Assembly (NCBI RefSeq): GCF_963921235.1
Contig: NC_086097.1
Coordinates: forward strand, 93,622,001-93,686,000
Reading direction: 5' to 3'
DNA from: Mobula hypostoma
Taxonomy: Eukaryota
DNA length: 64,000 nucleotides
Shown here in pieces: positions 13,227 through 25,232 of the stretch; position 1 is the first letter of the stretch, and the number at the start of each line of letters is the position of its first letter. The translations under genes and the position numbers were made by a program. The notes below the pieces were generated by a model that worked only from the letters and a program-made list of their open reading frames with translations, had not been told where the DNA came from and made no database searches.

Positions 13227-14010
13227 TTCAAAGATTCACGGGTAATTTATTATCAAACTATACAACTCTGAATTTATTCTTCTCTGGCTAGCCGCAGAAC
13301 CAAGAAAGAAAAGAACGGCAGCAAGATTATCAACCCCCAATTTCTCCCTCCCCACACAAAAAAAAACAAGCAAAAGCGGAACAGGCATATTGACCCCCAA
13401 ATCCCCCTCCTGCACACATAATAACCTGAAAAAGATCAGGCAAAAAACACAGAATATAAAAAACTATAAGACTGAAAAAAAGTCTATAGTCCAAGTCCAA
13501 ATCCAAAACACAGAAAACCTGAATAACATTCTCCAGATACAGTAGCAGGCCTTTTTCTCTCCAGCGCAGAGTGATTCCACCAGTGGTCAAAAGACAATCT
13601 CCCCTCTCCACAGCAGAGCGATATTAGCAGCGATCAAAAGGCAGGCAGCCAGCGCTCACCTTCCACATTCACCTCGGTGTTTCAATCTCGTCACTTTAAT
13701 TGGCAAACAATGGAAGCTTTAATTGGCGAAATGGAGTTGAACATCAGCCCACGCCCCATCCCGTAGCCTTCTTCCTATGAGAGTTTGGGACACTGCCTCT
13801 GCCTCCCAGAATCCCCTCGGAGACTACAAAGTGCTGCAACACCCAACCGATCTCTAAACAGCAAATCACAGGCTCCAACAGTTCCAGAATCACAATCAAA
13901 ATGAAAAACAAATGTAAAAGCCACGAAAGAAATGAAATATATGGTTTCATTATCTTTCCAGAAGATGTGGACTGAAGCTGCGCTGTACGCAGGCGCCATC
14001 TTGACCGGGA
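13227..14010 (-). mobile_element. Non-coding LINE-derived element (Rex1/L2-type head and tail)
   Basis: Minus strand starts CCGGTCAAGATGGCGCCTG and ends in the TTTGATAATAAAT...CTTTGAA tail shared with the Rex1 copies. Confidence 0.55.
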
Positions 14011-14183
14011 GTCAAGATGTGAGTGTGTGTATGTTGGCACTTGCTGTCTTTCTCTTCACCATTCAGTCTTTCTGTGCAATTGTGGGAGCAAGTGTGAAGT
14101 GGGAGACAGAGGTGTACATCTTTCCAGGCTCAAAGTTGTGCAGATCTGTCAGATGTGATGATAGAAGGCTTGATTTTTCACAG

Positions 14184-14221
14184 CAACACACACAAAACGC
14201 TGGAGGAACTCAGCATTCAAG
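14184..14221 (-). mobile_element. About 38-bp PLE tail micro-insertion
   Basis: CAACACACACAAAACGCTGGAGGAACTCAGCA between 13-bp TSDs TGATTTTTCACAG (14171-14183, 14222-14234). Confidence 0.85.
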
Positions 14222-14910
14222 TGATTTTTCACAGTACGGAAATAAAGAAGGATTATTTTAAAAATGTGACTAAACCATTTTGTAAAGATGCAGATCAGCT
14301 ACAATCTTACTGAATGGTAGAGTGGCCTCCTCCTGTTCTAATTTATTTACTTGTAAATGGAGTGAGTGGTAGAGGAGAGAGAGAGAGAGATATGCTCTTT
14401 TGCACATCGAGAATTCCCTGCAGCTCACTTCTGATCTTTGTAATAATGTGCCTGTGATTATATTAAGGATGATGTAATAGTGGATTTGCAGAGGTAGAGA
14501 TTATATTTACTTCAGCAGAGAAGGAACTAAAATGGGGTGCGATGGCTTGGGTGGGGAGCCAAAGGTCGAAGCTACTCTTAAACATGTAGCTATTACCTTT
14601 CACGGCCTCATGCCAGCCCTCCTGGTTCAGGAGATCACAGTCAGAGGCTGTGAGTTCTTGTCAAGACTGGTACTGCTGAAAACGGGACTTTCAGCTTCAG
14701 TGTTACCCTTGTACATTGACAGGTCTTGGAAGTGCATCGGTCCTCCTGGTGCCCTTCCTGAAAGCACTGTCACTAAACAAGGCCCGCTGTTTATTATCTC
14801 TTTGGAACCTCGCCGCTGTGTTTCCTGTCAGCAATTACAATAGGAACAATACTTCTAAAGTAAAGTAGCTGCAAAGTATCCTAATGCTATGAAAGGCACT
14901 TTTTTATAAA

Positions 14911-16043
14911 TCCAAAGTAACGCACACAAAATGCTGGAGGAATTCAGCAGGCCAGGCAGTTTCTATGGAAATGAGTCCAGTCGACGTTTCTGATGGCTGA
15001 GGCAATGTCCACACTACGCCGCATAATTTTGAAAACGAAGCTTTTTCTCTTCGTTTTGACCCTCTGTCCACATTGAAACGGCGTTTTCATCCCCCGAAAC
15101 AGAGCTTTTCTAAAACACTCTCCAGAGTGTGTAAATTTGAAAACGATTGTTGCGCGTTGTAGTGTGGACGGGGTAAATGGAGATATTTTAAAACGCTGTC
15201 ATGACAACATCACAACAACAATGCTTTTTCTGCTTGTGCTTGGTACTGCGTAAGCACTGCCGGACGGCTGTTATAACGCACAGTCGGTGTGAACGGCGTG
15301 AGAGTTAAATTGTAAAGTGAGCTTTTTTGACTAGATCCCCTAAATTGATTTGATTGAGTCTATCTTTAAAAATATCAATGACAGAAATACATACGGTCTG
15401 GCGGCAGAAGATTCCACTCTCTTGTTGATCTTGGGTAGAGGACGGCTTCATGCGTGTGTTGTTTACTTTATTGTCTACGTTAATAGCTTGTTTGGAGTTA
15501 AACATCTCCACTGCTTTGCTGACTTTGTAGTCGTTTATAACTCGCAGAAACAGCTCGACTTCATTGTCTTGTCTAAACGAAGAAGTCCGGTCTGCTTTTT
15601 CCAGTGGAGGTTTTCTTTGTATTCCTCGAAGACATTGTTGAAAACTTTCTTTCGCTGTTGTTGTTGGTACTCTAGTTTTTAACCAATGGAAATAGTAAAA
15701 TGCCGCCGCGGAAACGTAAATATTATACCGTTTCCTCTTCACTTGTTTTCTGTAGATGTGTCTGTGCATGCCCAGTAGGAGTAGATTTGTCCAAATATCC
15801 GTTTTAATGTGGACAGAGATATTTTGAAAAACGCCTAGTGTGGACGCCTGTCATTTTTACTTGAAACCGGCGTTTTCAAAATTATTTGGTCTAGTGTGGA
15901 CGTAGCCTCAGTCTTGATGAAGGGTCTCAGCCCGAAACGTTGAGTGTACTTTTTTACCGTAGATGCTGCCTGGCCTGCTGAGTTCCTCCAGCATTTTGTG
16001 TGTGTTGCTTGGATTTCCAGCATCTGCAGATTTTCTCTTGTTT
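14911..16043. mobile_element. Fold-back PLE 3'-end element split by a Harbinger insertion
   Basis: Left arm 14911-14990 (minus) and right arm 15911-16043 (plus, with hammerhead variant TTGATGA...GAAACGTT) are inverted copies; flanked by TTTATAAA on both sides. Confidence 0.75.
15001..15907 (-). mobile_element. Non-autonomous PIF/Harbinger DNA transposon with a Myb/SANT-like remnant
   Basis: About 37-bp TIRs GGCAATGTCCACACTACGCCGCATAATTTTGAAAACG / reverse complement GGCTACGTCCACACTAGACCAAATAATTTTGAAAACG; subterminal GAAAACG/CGTTTT repeats; minus-strand peptide DNEVELFLRVINDYKVSKA resembles the Harbinger DNA-binding protein N-terminus. Confidence 0.75.
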
Positions 16044-16174
16044 ATAAACCAGAACTGTTTCAGTCCTCCTTCCAATATGTCTCTTCAAGTATGCTGGGAG
16101 CTACTTCTCAACGCAGGACACCTTGAGACTGTTCTCTTGGTGACTGTCGCCAGCCTGGATTATGTTCTCTAGAG

Positions 16175-17490
16175 GGGAGCTATACTTAAGTTTGCTGATG
16201 ACACCACTGCCATTGGCTGAGTCAAAGGTGGTAACGAATCAGCATACAGGAAGGAGACTGGAAATCTGGCTGAGTGATGTCATAACAACAACCTCTCACT
16301 CAATGTCAGCAAGACCATAGAGCTGATTATTGACTTCAGGAGGAGGAAACCAGAGATCCATGAGCCAGTCCTCAATGGGAGATCAGAGCTGGAGAGGGTC
16401 AGCCATATTAAATTCCTCTGGGTTATCATTTCAGAGGATCTATCCGGGGCCCAGCACGTAAGTGCAGTTACGAAGAAAGCACAACAGCGCCTCTACCTCC
16501 TTAGGAGTTTGTGAAGATTCAACATGACATCTAAAACTTTGACATAATTCTTTAGATGTGTGGTGGAGATATCACAGCCCGGGAACAGAATCACAGTCCA
16601 GGAACGGAATCACAGCCCAGGAACGTATCACAGCCCAGGAACGGAATCACAGTCCAGGAACGGGATCACAGCCCAGGAACGGAATCACAGCCCAGGAGCG
16701 GAATCACAGCCCAGGAACGGAATCACAGCCCAGGAATATGATCACAGTCCAGGAACGGGATCACGGCCCAGGAACGGAATCACGGCCCAGGAACAGAATT
16801 GTGGCCCAGGAACAGAATAACAGCCCCGGAACGGGATCACAGTCCAGGAACGGGATCACAGTCCAGGAACGGAATCACAGTCCAGGAACGGAATCACAGT
16901 CCAAGGACGGGATCACAACCCAGGAACGAGATCACATCCCAGGAATGGGATCACAGCCATGGAATGGAAAATCCTACAAAAAGTAGTGGATACAGCCCAG
17001 CCCGTCATGGGTAAAGTTCTCCCTATCACTGAGCACGTCTGCATGGATTGCTGTCGCAGAAAAAGAGCACCCATCGTCAGGGACCCCTCCCCACCCGGGT
17101 CACGCTCCCTTCTCACAGTTGATATCAGGAAGAAGGTACAGGGGCCTCAGGACTCACACTACGAGGCTCAGGAACAGTCACTACCCCTCAACCATCACGC
17201 TCTTGAACCAGAGGGAATAACCTGACTCAACTTCACTTGCTCCATCATTGAGTTGTCCCACAACTAATAGACCTACTTTCAAGGACTCTTCGTCTGATGG
17301 TCTCGATATCTATAGCTTATTTATTACTATTATTTTTATTTCTTTTCTTTTTTTATTTGTGCAGCTTGTTGCCTTTTGGTTGTCCGCCTTTTTGGTGTGG
17401 CTTTTGATTGATTGTATTATGGTTATTGGATGTATTGAGCATGCCCGTAAGAAAACAAATCTCAGGGTTGTAATTACCTTGAACTTTGAG
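16175..17490 (+). mobile_element. Rex1/Babar LINE 3' portion
   Basis: KFADDTT, NNLSLNVSKT.ELIIDFRR, KKAQQRLYLLRSL remnants and the typical 3' tail. Confidence 0.85.
16570..16968. repeat. 19-bp minisatellite (ATCACAGCCCAGGAACGGA), about 20 copies
   Basis: Direct tandem periodicity, lying inside the Rex1 copy. Confidence 0.95.
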
Positions 17491-19129
17491 AACTTGATAG
17501 AGGATCAGGGTGATGGGAAGTTCATCAGTCTAGTGGGCTGAAGGAACAAGGACCAAAACGTGACCAGAAGTTAATATGAGGAGCTTGAGAGCCAAATCTG
17601 GCCCGGCTGCGGTCACAGTGATCTTTGAGGGGTGAGGTGTAACATCAGAGGGACTGGTCAAACAGAACATTAGTGGCTCTGGACTTGTTACATTTGCACT
17701 CCATTGTACTTTGTGGATCTGATGAGGCTGAGGCAATGGTTGGGGCAAGGAAGTGAGCTTCAGTCGTTGTGAGGGAGAGCTCAATGAAAGAGCTGGCCTG
17801 GATTGGAAGCCCAGAGAAATGAACTTAGAAATCCCAATGCACAATTCCAAATAATACTGTGCTATACATTTGAAAATCAGTTTAACTTAAGGCCGTATGT
17901 AGAGCCAGTGGGTGGAGTGGGAGGGCTGTTCTTTAGCAGTTTGGACAGTCCCAGGACCCACTAGGAGCATTTTCCCTTTCACCTACATCCCCATCATTGT
18001 GACATCAATTCGTGAAATCGGTACGCTTCCCTGCAGCAGCGAGACTTCTTGTATTCCACAGAGTTTCTTTAAGGACCAGCTGCAGAGATTATATCTGCAA
18101 GGCAAAGTGCTGGCAGCTGCAAGACCTCGCAATAAACCAACAGAGAACATCACACTGGAACTAATGTGTTGCATAAGGAAATCTTAAAACACTGTCCTGT
18201 GAATCTCACAAATAAAAGATCGTTGGTCTGTATGGAATTTCCAGCAGAGGTGTTTCAATACCTCTAAAAGGTGACATGAAGCCTGAATGTAGAGACAGAC
18301 AGTGAGCTTGGTGTTTAAGGACATCACATCAAGAAATTTCCACTGACGTTTAGTTTGGTTGATGTGCTGATTGGCCGTTGCTGTAGCTCCAGGTGGGAGG
18401 CCAAGGGAATAGAATCTTGGGCTGGTCTTAGCACCAGGCTCAATGGAGAGAGGCAAAGATTAGAGACAGGTTTTGCTGTTATTATCACAAATTAATTATC
18501 AGTTAATCCATTATTTACATTGGTGTTTGAGGACTGGATTCAGGCATGCACAAAACTGCTGTCACTTACAGAAACTTAAGAAAATCACAGTACAAGATTT
18601 CAGGTTGTGTTTGCCATTTCTTCATCGTTCCACTTTCTTCGTAATAAATTAAGAAACAAACAGTTTATTTTATAAGAGTTGGAAAATTGCTGAGCTTTGT
18701 AAAGAAAGAAATCTTCATTTATCAGAGGTTTGTTTGGCGATTAGCATCGATTCTGAGTTGAGTGAGAATCACATGAGGATTAAATTACTGTATATGTTTG
18801 GCATTTCCTTAACCATCTCAAAGCAGGCCTTGCGAATCATCGTTTAATACTGCATGTGTTGAGCATTAAGTGTGTGTTTCAGAGGAAACCTTGCTGACTC
18901 ATGTGGGGTCATCGCATTGCCAATTACAAAGCGTTATTGGAAGAAACTGAGAAGTTTGTTGGAAGGATCTGTAATAGAGTGCCTTATCAGAAGACTGAAG
19001 TTTAAAATTAAGTGAAGGGGTTCATTACCATCAGCCCTGTGATAACGGAACTCACGGGGTTAAAGAGGCATAGCTTCCTCATTCTTCATTAATTTGGAGT
19101 GAACACATGATTTAATTCCATAAATACCT

Positions 19130-19780
19130 GACTGCAGTTCAGTTGAGCAAGCACGTTTGGTACATGGTGGCTTAATATTGTGGAGGGTACTTCTGATGGG
19201 AAACTCTTAATTTGCTCGTCAGATTGTTGCCATCACACTTTTCAGCCTTATGAATGGCCTTGAATGGCACTTCAGTGCTTCTGAAACTTGGACTACCCAT
19301 AGTAGGTGTTGTTGTAGGCAGTGGGGGGGACACCACCAACACCATCTCTGCAAATTCCTGCAAATCCAGTGAGAGGCCAAGGAGAACAGTATCAGTATCT
19401 TCTCCCAGGCCAACATCTCCAGTGCCAAAGCTCCAGTTATCGTCCACATGCCCCATACCAGACTCCCAAAACAGGCACTCTTTTGAGTCCTGTCACAAGA
19501 AGTAGTTAGCAGGGAAAAAGATATGGAGGTGTGCGATTAGCCTCCCTGAAATGTTGCAATATCTCCACTGACTCCAGGGAATCTCAAGCCAATGATCGCT
19601 GAAAGTGGAGCAAGAGGATTCATGGTAGCAGTGAGAACTTTGGGTCCATGTATTGACATCACATGGGCACCCCACATGAGTGACAGAGCCTGTGCACTCT
19701 CTCACAAACTACACACCTACCAGCTTCTGTCCTATCTGTGGAAGGGTCTGCAGTTCCCACATTGGCCTTATCAGCCAACT
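19130..19780 (+). mobile_element. RTE (BovB-like) LINE 3' fragment
   Basis: HHQ..LCKFLQIQ and V.MP..RLPKQ.L remnants; terminal C2H2-like CPICGRVCSSHIGLIS. Confidence 0.75.
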
Positions 19781-20019
19781 TGGATCAGACAGAGCCAGAT
19801 TGCAGGCAGTTCAACATCAGTCCCCAGGGACTGGAAAAGATGTTGTTACAGAATTCACCTGCCATTGGCTTAGCCCCAACTTGTTTCATAATCAAGAAGG
19901 ATGTAAAGAGGCTTCAAGGAGACGTGGTCTTGTTAAGTGAGCCAGTGACAACATGGTAAATGGAAATCCAGGTGGAAAAAATTTTACTTTGAAATACAAA
20001 ACAGAGAAGTAGAGTCAAA

Positions 20020-20575
20020 AAGTCACAGAGAACTACAGCACAGAAACAGGCCCTTCGGCCCATCTAGGCTATGCCAAGCTATTTTAAACGGCCTATTCCC
20101 GTCGACCTGCACCTGGACCATAGCCCTCCACATCCCTCCCTTCCATGTACCTATCCAAAATTCTCATAAATGTTGAAAACAAACTCGCATGAACCACTTG
20201 CTTTCCAGCTCATTCCACACTCTCACCACCCTCTGAATGAAGTTTCCCCTCATGTTCCCCTTAAACTTTTCACTTTCACCCTTAACCTGTGACCTCTAGT
20301 TGTAGTCCAACCCAACCTCAGTCGAAAAAGCCTGCTTGCATTTACCCTATCTACACCCCTCATAATTTTGGCTACTTCTATAAAATCTCCCTTTAATCTT
20401 CTATGTTCCAAGAAATAAGGTGCTAACCTATTCAATCTTTCCTTATAACTCAGGCCCTCCAGTCCCAGCAGCATCCTCGTAAATTTTCGCTGTATTCTTT
20501 CAATCTTATTTATCCCTTTCCTGTAGGCAGGTGACCAAAACTGCATACAGTACTCCAAATAAGGCCTCGCCAGTA
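20020..20575 (-). mobile_element. CR1 LINE 3' fragment
   Basis: EYCMQFWSPAYRK..ERIQRKFTRML.GL..LSYKERL; GGCCCTTCGGCCC tail hairpin. Confidence 0.9.
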
Positions 20576-20579
20576 TTTG

Positions 20580-21400
20580 TTAAATGGTGAGATATTGGTT
20601 AACTTAGAGGGACTCAAATACTCTTGAGCTTATCACTGAAGGTCAGCATAGAGTTGTAGCAAGCAATCAGGAAGGCAGATGGTATGTAAATGATTATTAC
20701 AAGATGATTTGAATACTGGAAATTCCTACTTCAGCTGCACATGGTACCGGTGAGAATAGAGCAGCAGTATTGTGTATAATGTTGACATCCTTCCCTAGGA
20801 AAGGCATGTGCTTGTTTCGAGCGGGGGTTCTCAACCCGCGGTTCACGGGCCTCTCGGTTAGTGGTAGGGGTCCATGGCATAAAAAAGGTTGTGAACACCT
20901 GCCGTAGAGTGAGTGCCTCAGATACTCACTAGTCTAGTTCCAGGCATTGCAGGTATGTCATATGACAAGCAATTGAGCAGACTGGGATTGTATTCTCTAG
21001 AACCCAAACTGGGAACCCTTGCACTAAAGTTCAGAAGAATCAGAAGAGGTCTTGTGAAGTTTATAAAATTTTTGTAAGGTTTTACATGCTGGATTCAGGG
21101 AGGACATATTTCATGGCTGAAGAGTTTTAAATCAAGAGAAACAAATAAACAGTAAATTGCTTAGGACTGAGATGAAGGTAATTTTATTCACTAAAATGAT
21201 GCAATTTTTGGAATTCTGTACCCTCGAGGGCTGTGGAAACTCAGGTGCAGTTAATTCAAAACAGAGTTAAGACATTTTTAGTTATTTGGGGGATCAATCA
21301 GTGTGGGGACAGCGCTGGAAAATGGTGCAAACATTGGAACAGTCACGTCTCAGTGAATGGTGGAGCAGGGTCAAAGGCCGGATAGCTTACGCCTCCTCAT
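20580..21400 (+). mobile_element. Highly degenerate CR1 3' fragment
   Basis: Decayed CR1 3' motifs (AGGACTGAGATGAAGG, TGGAATTCTGTACC). Confidence 0.55.
20822..20901. mobile_element. About 80-bp hAT MITE
   Basis: CGGGGGTTCTCAACC ... GGTTGTGAACACCTG imperfect TIRs. Confidence 0.6.
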
Positions 21401-22169
21401 GATCTCTTCAGAGCCTGCATCCATAAATACAGTATGTCACAAATCTCTTATTCCAACATCATGGCATTGTGCCATGGTCACCAATGACTGCCAAACAAAA
21501 CCTGCAAATACAGACAGCACAGCATCCCTTGGCAAAAGGATTGAGTAAACTATGTGGTTATTTAACTGTCTGATAAATGACAGTGTTTCTTTTAGATCAC
21601 ATCTCTCAACAATATCCTGGAAATTTTCGCAAACAGTAAATCGTTTTGTATGAAAAAAGAACTGGAATGATGAAGGAGTGAGAAATTAAATAAAAACTAA
21701 TGCTATATTTTTGTAAAGTTTCTGACACTGACAGTGAACATTCTTCTCAGTGTCGGCACCCATAGGTGTCATCAATGGATCATGGGAATTTTCAGATGCG
21801 TGAAAGTTCAAAGTACATTTATTATTGAAGTATGTATACATTATACAACCTTGAGATTTGTCTCCTAACAGGCAGCCACAAAACACAGAAACCCAAAAAT
21901 AAACCCCATGTATCTGAAAAAAGACTGACACCCAATGTGCAGGGAATAAATAAAACGTATCATGTCCATAAGAAAATAAAAAAAATAACCAATAAAAAAG
22001 ACTGCGGAACACTCAATCTGCAGTTAAAAAAACATCATGCAAACAGTAACCATGAGCAAATAGTGTTTCTGAACTGAAGCCCGCAAGAGAGTCCCATAGT
22101 GCAGCACAGAGCCGAGTAAATGTGTGGAGCAGCGACCTGAACTGGCCCCACCTTGCCTCGGACCCCGAC

Positions 22170-22660
22170 ACCCTGACCTTGTCAGTCTGACCCAGCACTT
22201 AACTCTCTGACTGAACCAGGTCCTGCTGCTTCTAGCAGCGATCTGAACCAGGCCGTACCTCAACACCCTGCCCTTTTCAATCTGGCCCGATCTGAACCAG
22301 GCCGTACCTCAACACCCTGCCCTTTTCAATCTGGCCCAGCACTTAACTCTCTGACTGAACCAGGTCCTGCTGCTTCTAGCAGCGATCTGAACCAGGCTGT
22401 ACCTCAACACCCTGCCCTTTTCAATCTGGCCCAGCACTTAACTCTCTGACTGAACCAGGTCCTGCTGCTTCTAGCAGCGATCTGAACCAGGCCGTACCTC
22501 AACACCCTACCCTTTTCAATCTGACCCAGCACTAACTCTCTGACTGAACCAGGCCCTGCTGCTTCTAGCAGCGATCTGAACCAGGCCGTACTTCAACATC
22601 CTGACCTTTTCAATCTGGCCCAGTACTTAACTCTCCGTCTGACCAACAGGTTCTGCTGCT
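22170..22660. repeat. About 95-bp tandem repeat, about 5 copies including a partial one
   Basis: TGGCCCAGCACTTAACTCTCTGACTGAACCAGG recurs at 22332 and 22427 (period 95); within a LINE-tail-bearing element starting near 21804. Confidence 0.93.
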
Positions 22661-23284
22661 TGGATACGCTGCACTTCGCTGCTTCGATGTAGTCTGTAAA
22701 TTTCCGTTCATAGATTGTGCTCAGTCACATCTGGTGCCTGGACCCTACGGCTTCGATTAGGCCTGTGCCCGACCCTTCATGCTGTTCCACGCACTCAGTG
22801 ACAGGCCAGCCACTTGCCTTATCCTGGTTCTGCCACATCGAATTGCCTCCAAGCCCAAAGGGAAGTTATAGACCAGTGCTTGTGATGATCGTTTGTCAGA
22901 AAAAGTGTGATTAATGAGGTATTTAGTTGCTCTCTTTGTTTCATTAGCTACCAGCCAGATTCGCAAGTACCATCTAAACTGGAAGATCTGAGGCCCACCC
23001 ATTTCCCTCTCTGTGCTGCTGGTGACCTCAGTGGGGATATTGGTTAATGGTAGGAAAGGGTCTCCTGTCACGTAATCAATACCAACCCAGCCGTGAGATG
23101 AGCAAAGGTTATTGGTGGAGAGCATTGAGAATGGAGGTCAGAAAATTAGTTCATCGCAGCGATTTGGGATTTGAAAAGGTACATATAATGGAGTAAAATG
23201 TTCCAGTCACCATTTCTGAATTGTTTGGCATCTCTCTGGTAATTTGAACTGGAACTTCCCAGCAGGAGTTTTATTATTGATTTA

Positions 23285-23515
23285 TTGAGAGATACGGCAT
23301 TTCTGCTCCCTGAGCTGCAATGCCCAGCAACCCACCTAACCACAGGACAACTTCACCTACTAACCGGTGTGTCTTTGGACCGTGGAAGGAAACAAGAGGA
23401 CCTGGAGGAAACCCTTCTGCTCATGAGAAGAACATGCGAACTTTCTTACTGACGACGTCAGAATTGAACTCTGAACTCTGATGCCCCGTGCTGTCATAGT
23501 ATCGCACTAACCGCA
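23285..23515 (-). mobile_element. V-SINE-like element
   Basis: GTGTCTTTGGACCGTGGAAGGAAAC..GGAGGAAACCC V-domain reverse complement. Confidence 0.7.
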
Positions 23516-23786
23516 AAGCCTTATTTGCATGTCCGAGGTTATCTCTGTGCTACGGGTGCGTGGAATTATGTTATCACCCCCTCCCTTTGTTTTGGAGTAT
23601 TTCTGTGTCTTACACAGTAAAACAGGCCACCTGCCCTCTCAAGCCGATCTCACCACTGTATGAATCACAGCTGATCTTCCCCAAACTTCATATCTCTTCT
23701 GTGCTGATTCCCAACAATAATCAATTCCTTGGCTTTTTCAAATATTTTTCTACCTCCTCATGAAACAGTGATTTAATCTCCACAAC

Positions 23787-23879
23787 ACACATAAAAGTTG
23801 TTGGTGAACGCAGCAGGCCAGGCAGCATCTCTAGGAAGAGGTGCAGTCGACGTTTCAGGCCGAGACCCTTCGTCAGGAC
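23787..23879 (-). mobile_element. 93-bp PLE 3'-end insertion with an intact hammerhead
   Basis: 16-bp TSD ATTTAATCTCCACAAC (23771-23786, 23880-23895); near-identical to the 3' end of the full-length element. Confidence 0.92.
23844..23879 (-). ncRNA. Minimal type I hammerhead ribozyme
   Basis: Minus strand GTC-CTGACGA-A-GGGT-CTCG-GCCT-GAAAC-GTC-GACTG. Confidence 0.8.
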
Positions 23880-24235
23880 ATTTAATCTCCACAACCTTCC
23901 TGGATAGAGAATCCTGAAGACTTGTCATCCTCTGTGAGAAGAAATTCTTAGGCACTTGGGATTGAACTGCCTGCTCTGTTATCTTGTACCACTATTCCTT
24001 AGTTTGAGATTCCCCTGCTTGTGGAAACATCTCAATATCTGCATTGTCATTCTCTGTCAAGATCGTATATGTTTCAATAAGATCACCCCTCAGTCTTCTC
24101 CATGTGAAAGATTTACAGATCTAACTTACTTATCCACTGATGATAGGACAACCCTCACATTCCAGATTTATCCTATTTATCCTCTTCTGCACTGCCTCCA
24201 ATGGTGGGAACAGAAAAAAAATACATAGTCATGAT

Positions 24236-25232
24236 AAACACATGAACTTCTGCAGAGGCTGGAAATCTAGAGCAACATGCATAAAATGCTGGAGAAACTC
24301 AGCAGATCAGGCAGCATCTATGGAGAAGAATAAACAGTCAACGTTTTGGGCCGAGACCCTTCTTCAGGACTGTAGAGGAGGAAGGAAGAAACCATAATGA
24401 GAAGGTGGGGGCAGGGGAGAGTGTACAAGCTGGCAGGTGATAGGTGAGGGGGAAGATAGGTGGGTGGGGGAGGCGGAATGACGTGAGAAACTGGGAGGCG
24501 ATGAATGGAGGAGGTAAAGGGTTGAAGAAGAAGGAATCTGATAAGAAAGGAGAATGGACCACTGGTGAAAGGGAAGAAGGAAGGGCACCAGAGGAAGATT
24601 ATGGGCAGGTGGGGAGAAGGGAAGGGGTAAGAGGGAGCCAGAATGTGGAGTGGAAAAAGGGAAGTGGGGAGAACTTACTGGGTTAGAGAAATGAATGTTC
24701 ATACCATCAGGTTGGAAGCTACCCAGACGCAATATGAGGTGTTGCTCCTCCAAACTGAGAGTGGCCTCATCGTGACAGTAGAGGACTGACATGTTGGAAT
24801 GGGATGGAAAGTGGAATTGAAATGGGTGGCCACTGGGAAATCCCACCTTCTGTCGTGGATGAAGTAAAGGTGCTTTACAAAGTGGGCCCCCACTCTGAGT
24901 TGGGTCCCACCGATGTAGAGGAGGCCGCACTGGGAGCACCGGATACATGGATGACCTTAACTGACTTGTTGGTGAAGTGTTTGTTGCCTCACCTGGAAGG
25001 ACTGTTTGGAGCCCTGAATGATGGTGAGGTAGGAGGTGTAGGGACAGGTGTAGCATTTGTCCTGCTCACAGGGATGTGCCTGGAGGGAGATCAGTATGAA
25101 GGGACAAGAGAGATGCAGAGAAAGGGATCCTTGCAGAACGCAGAGAGTGGAGGGGGAGGAGGGAAAGATGTGCTTAGTGGTGGAATTCCACTGAAGATGG
25201 TGGAAGCTAGGGAGAATGATGTGCTCGATACA
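24236..25232 (-). mobile_element. 5'-truncated older Penelope-like element (GIY-YIG region plus 3' UTR)
   Basis: KCYTCPYTS.LT.IQG.KQSFQVRQ, FPVATHFNS, EEQHLILRLGSFQPDGMNI; decayed hammerhead at 24335-24371. Confidence 0.9.

Noticed and set aside
16556..17014. Overlapping repetitive ORFs, or a CRISPR-like array
   Set aside because: A contiguous 19-bp minisatellite with no unique spacers, in eukaryotic DNA with no cas genes.
22170..22660. CRISPR array or retrozyme tandem
   Set aside because: Units are near-identical with no spacers, and no CTGANGA/GAAA core arrangement was found.
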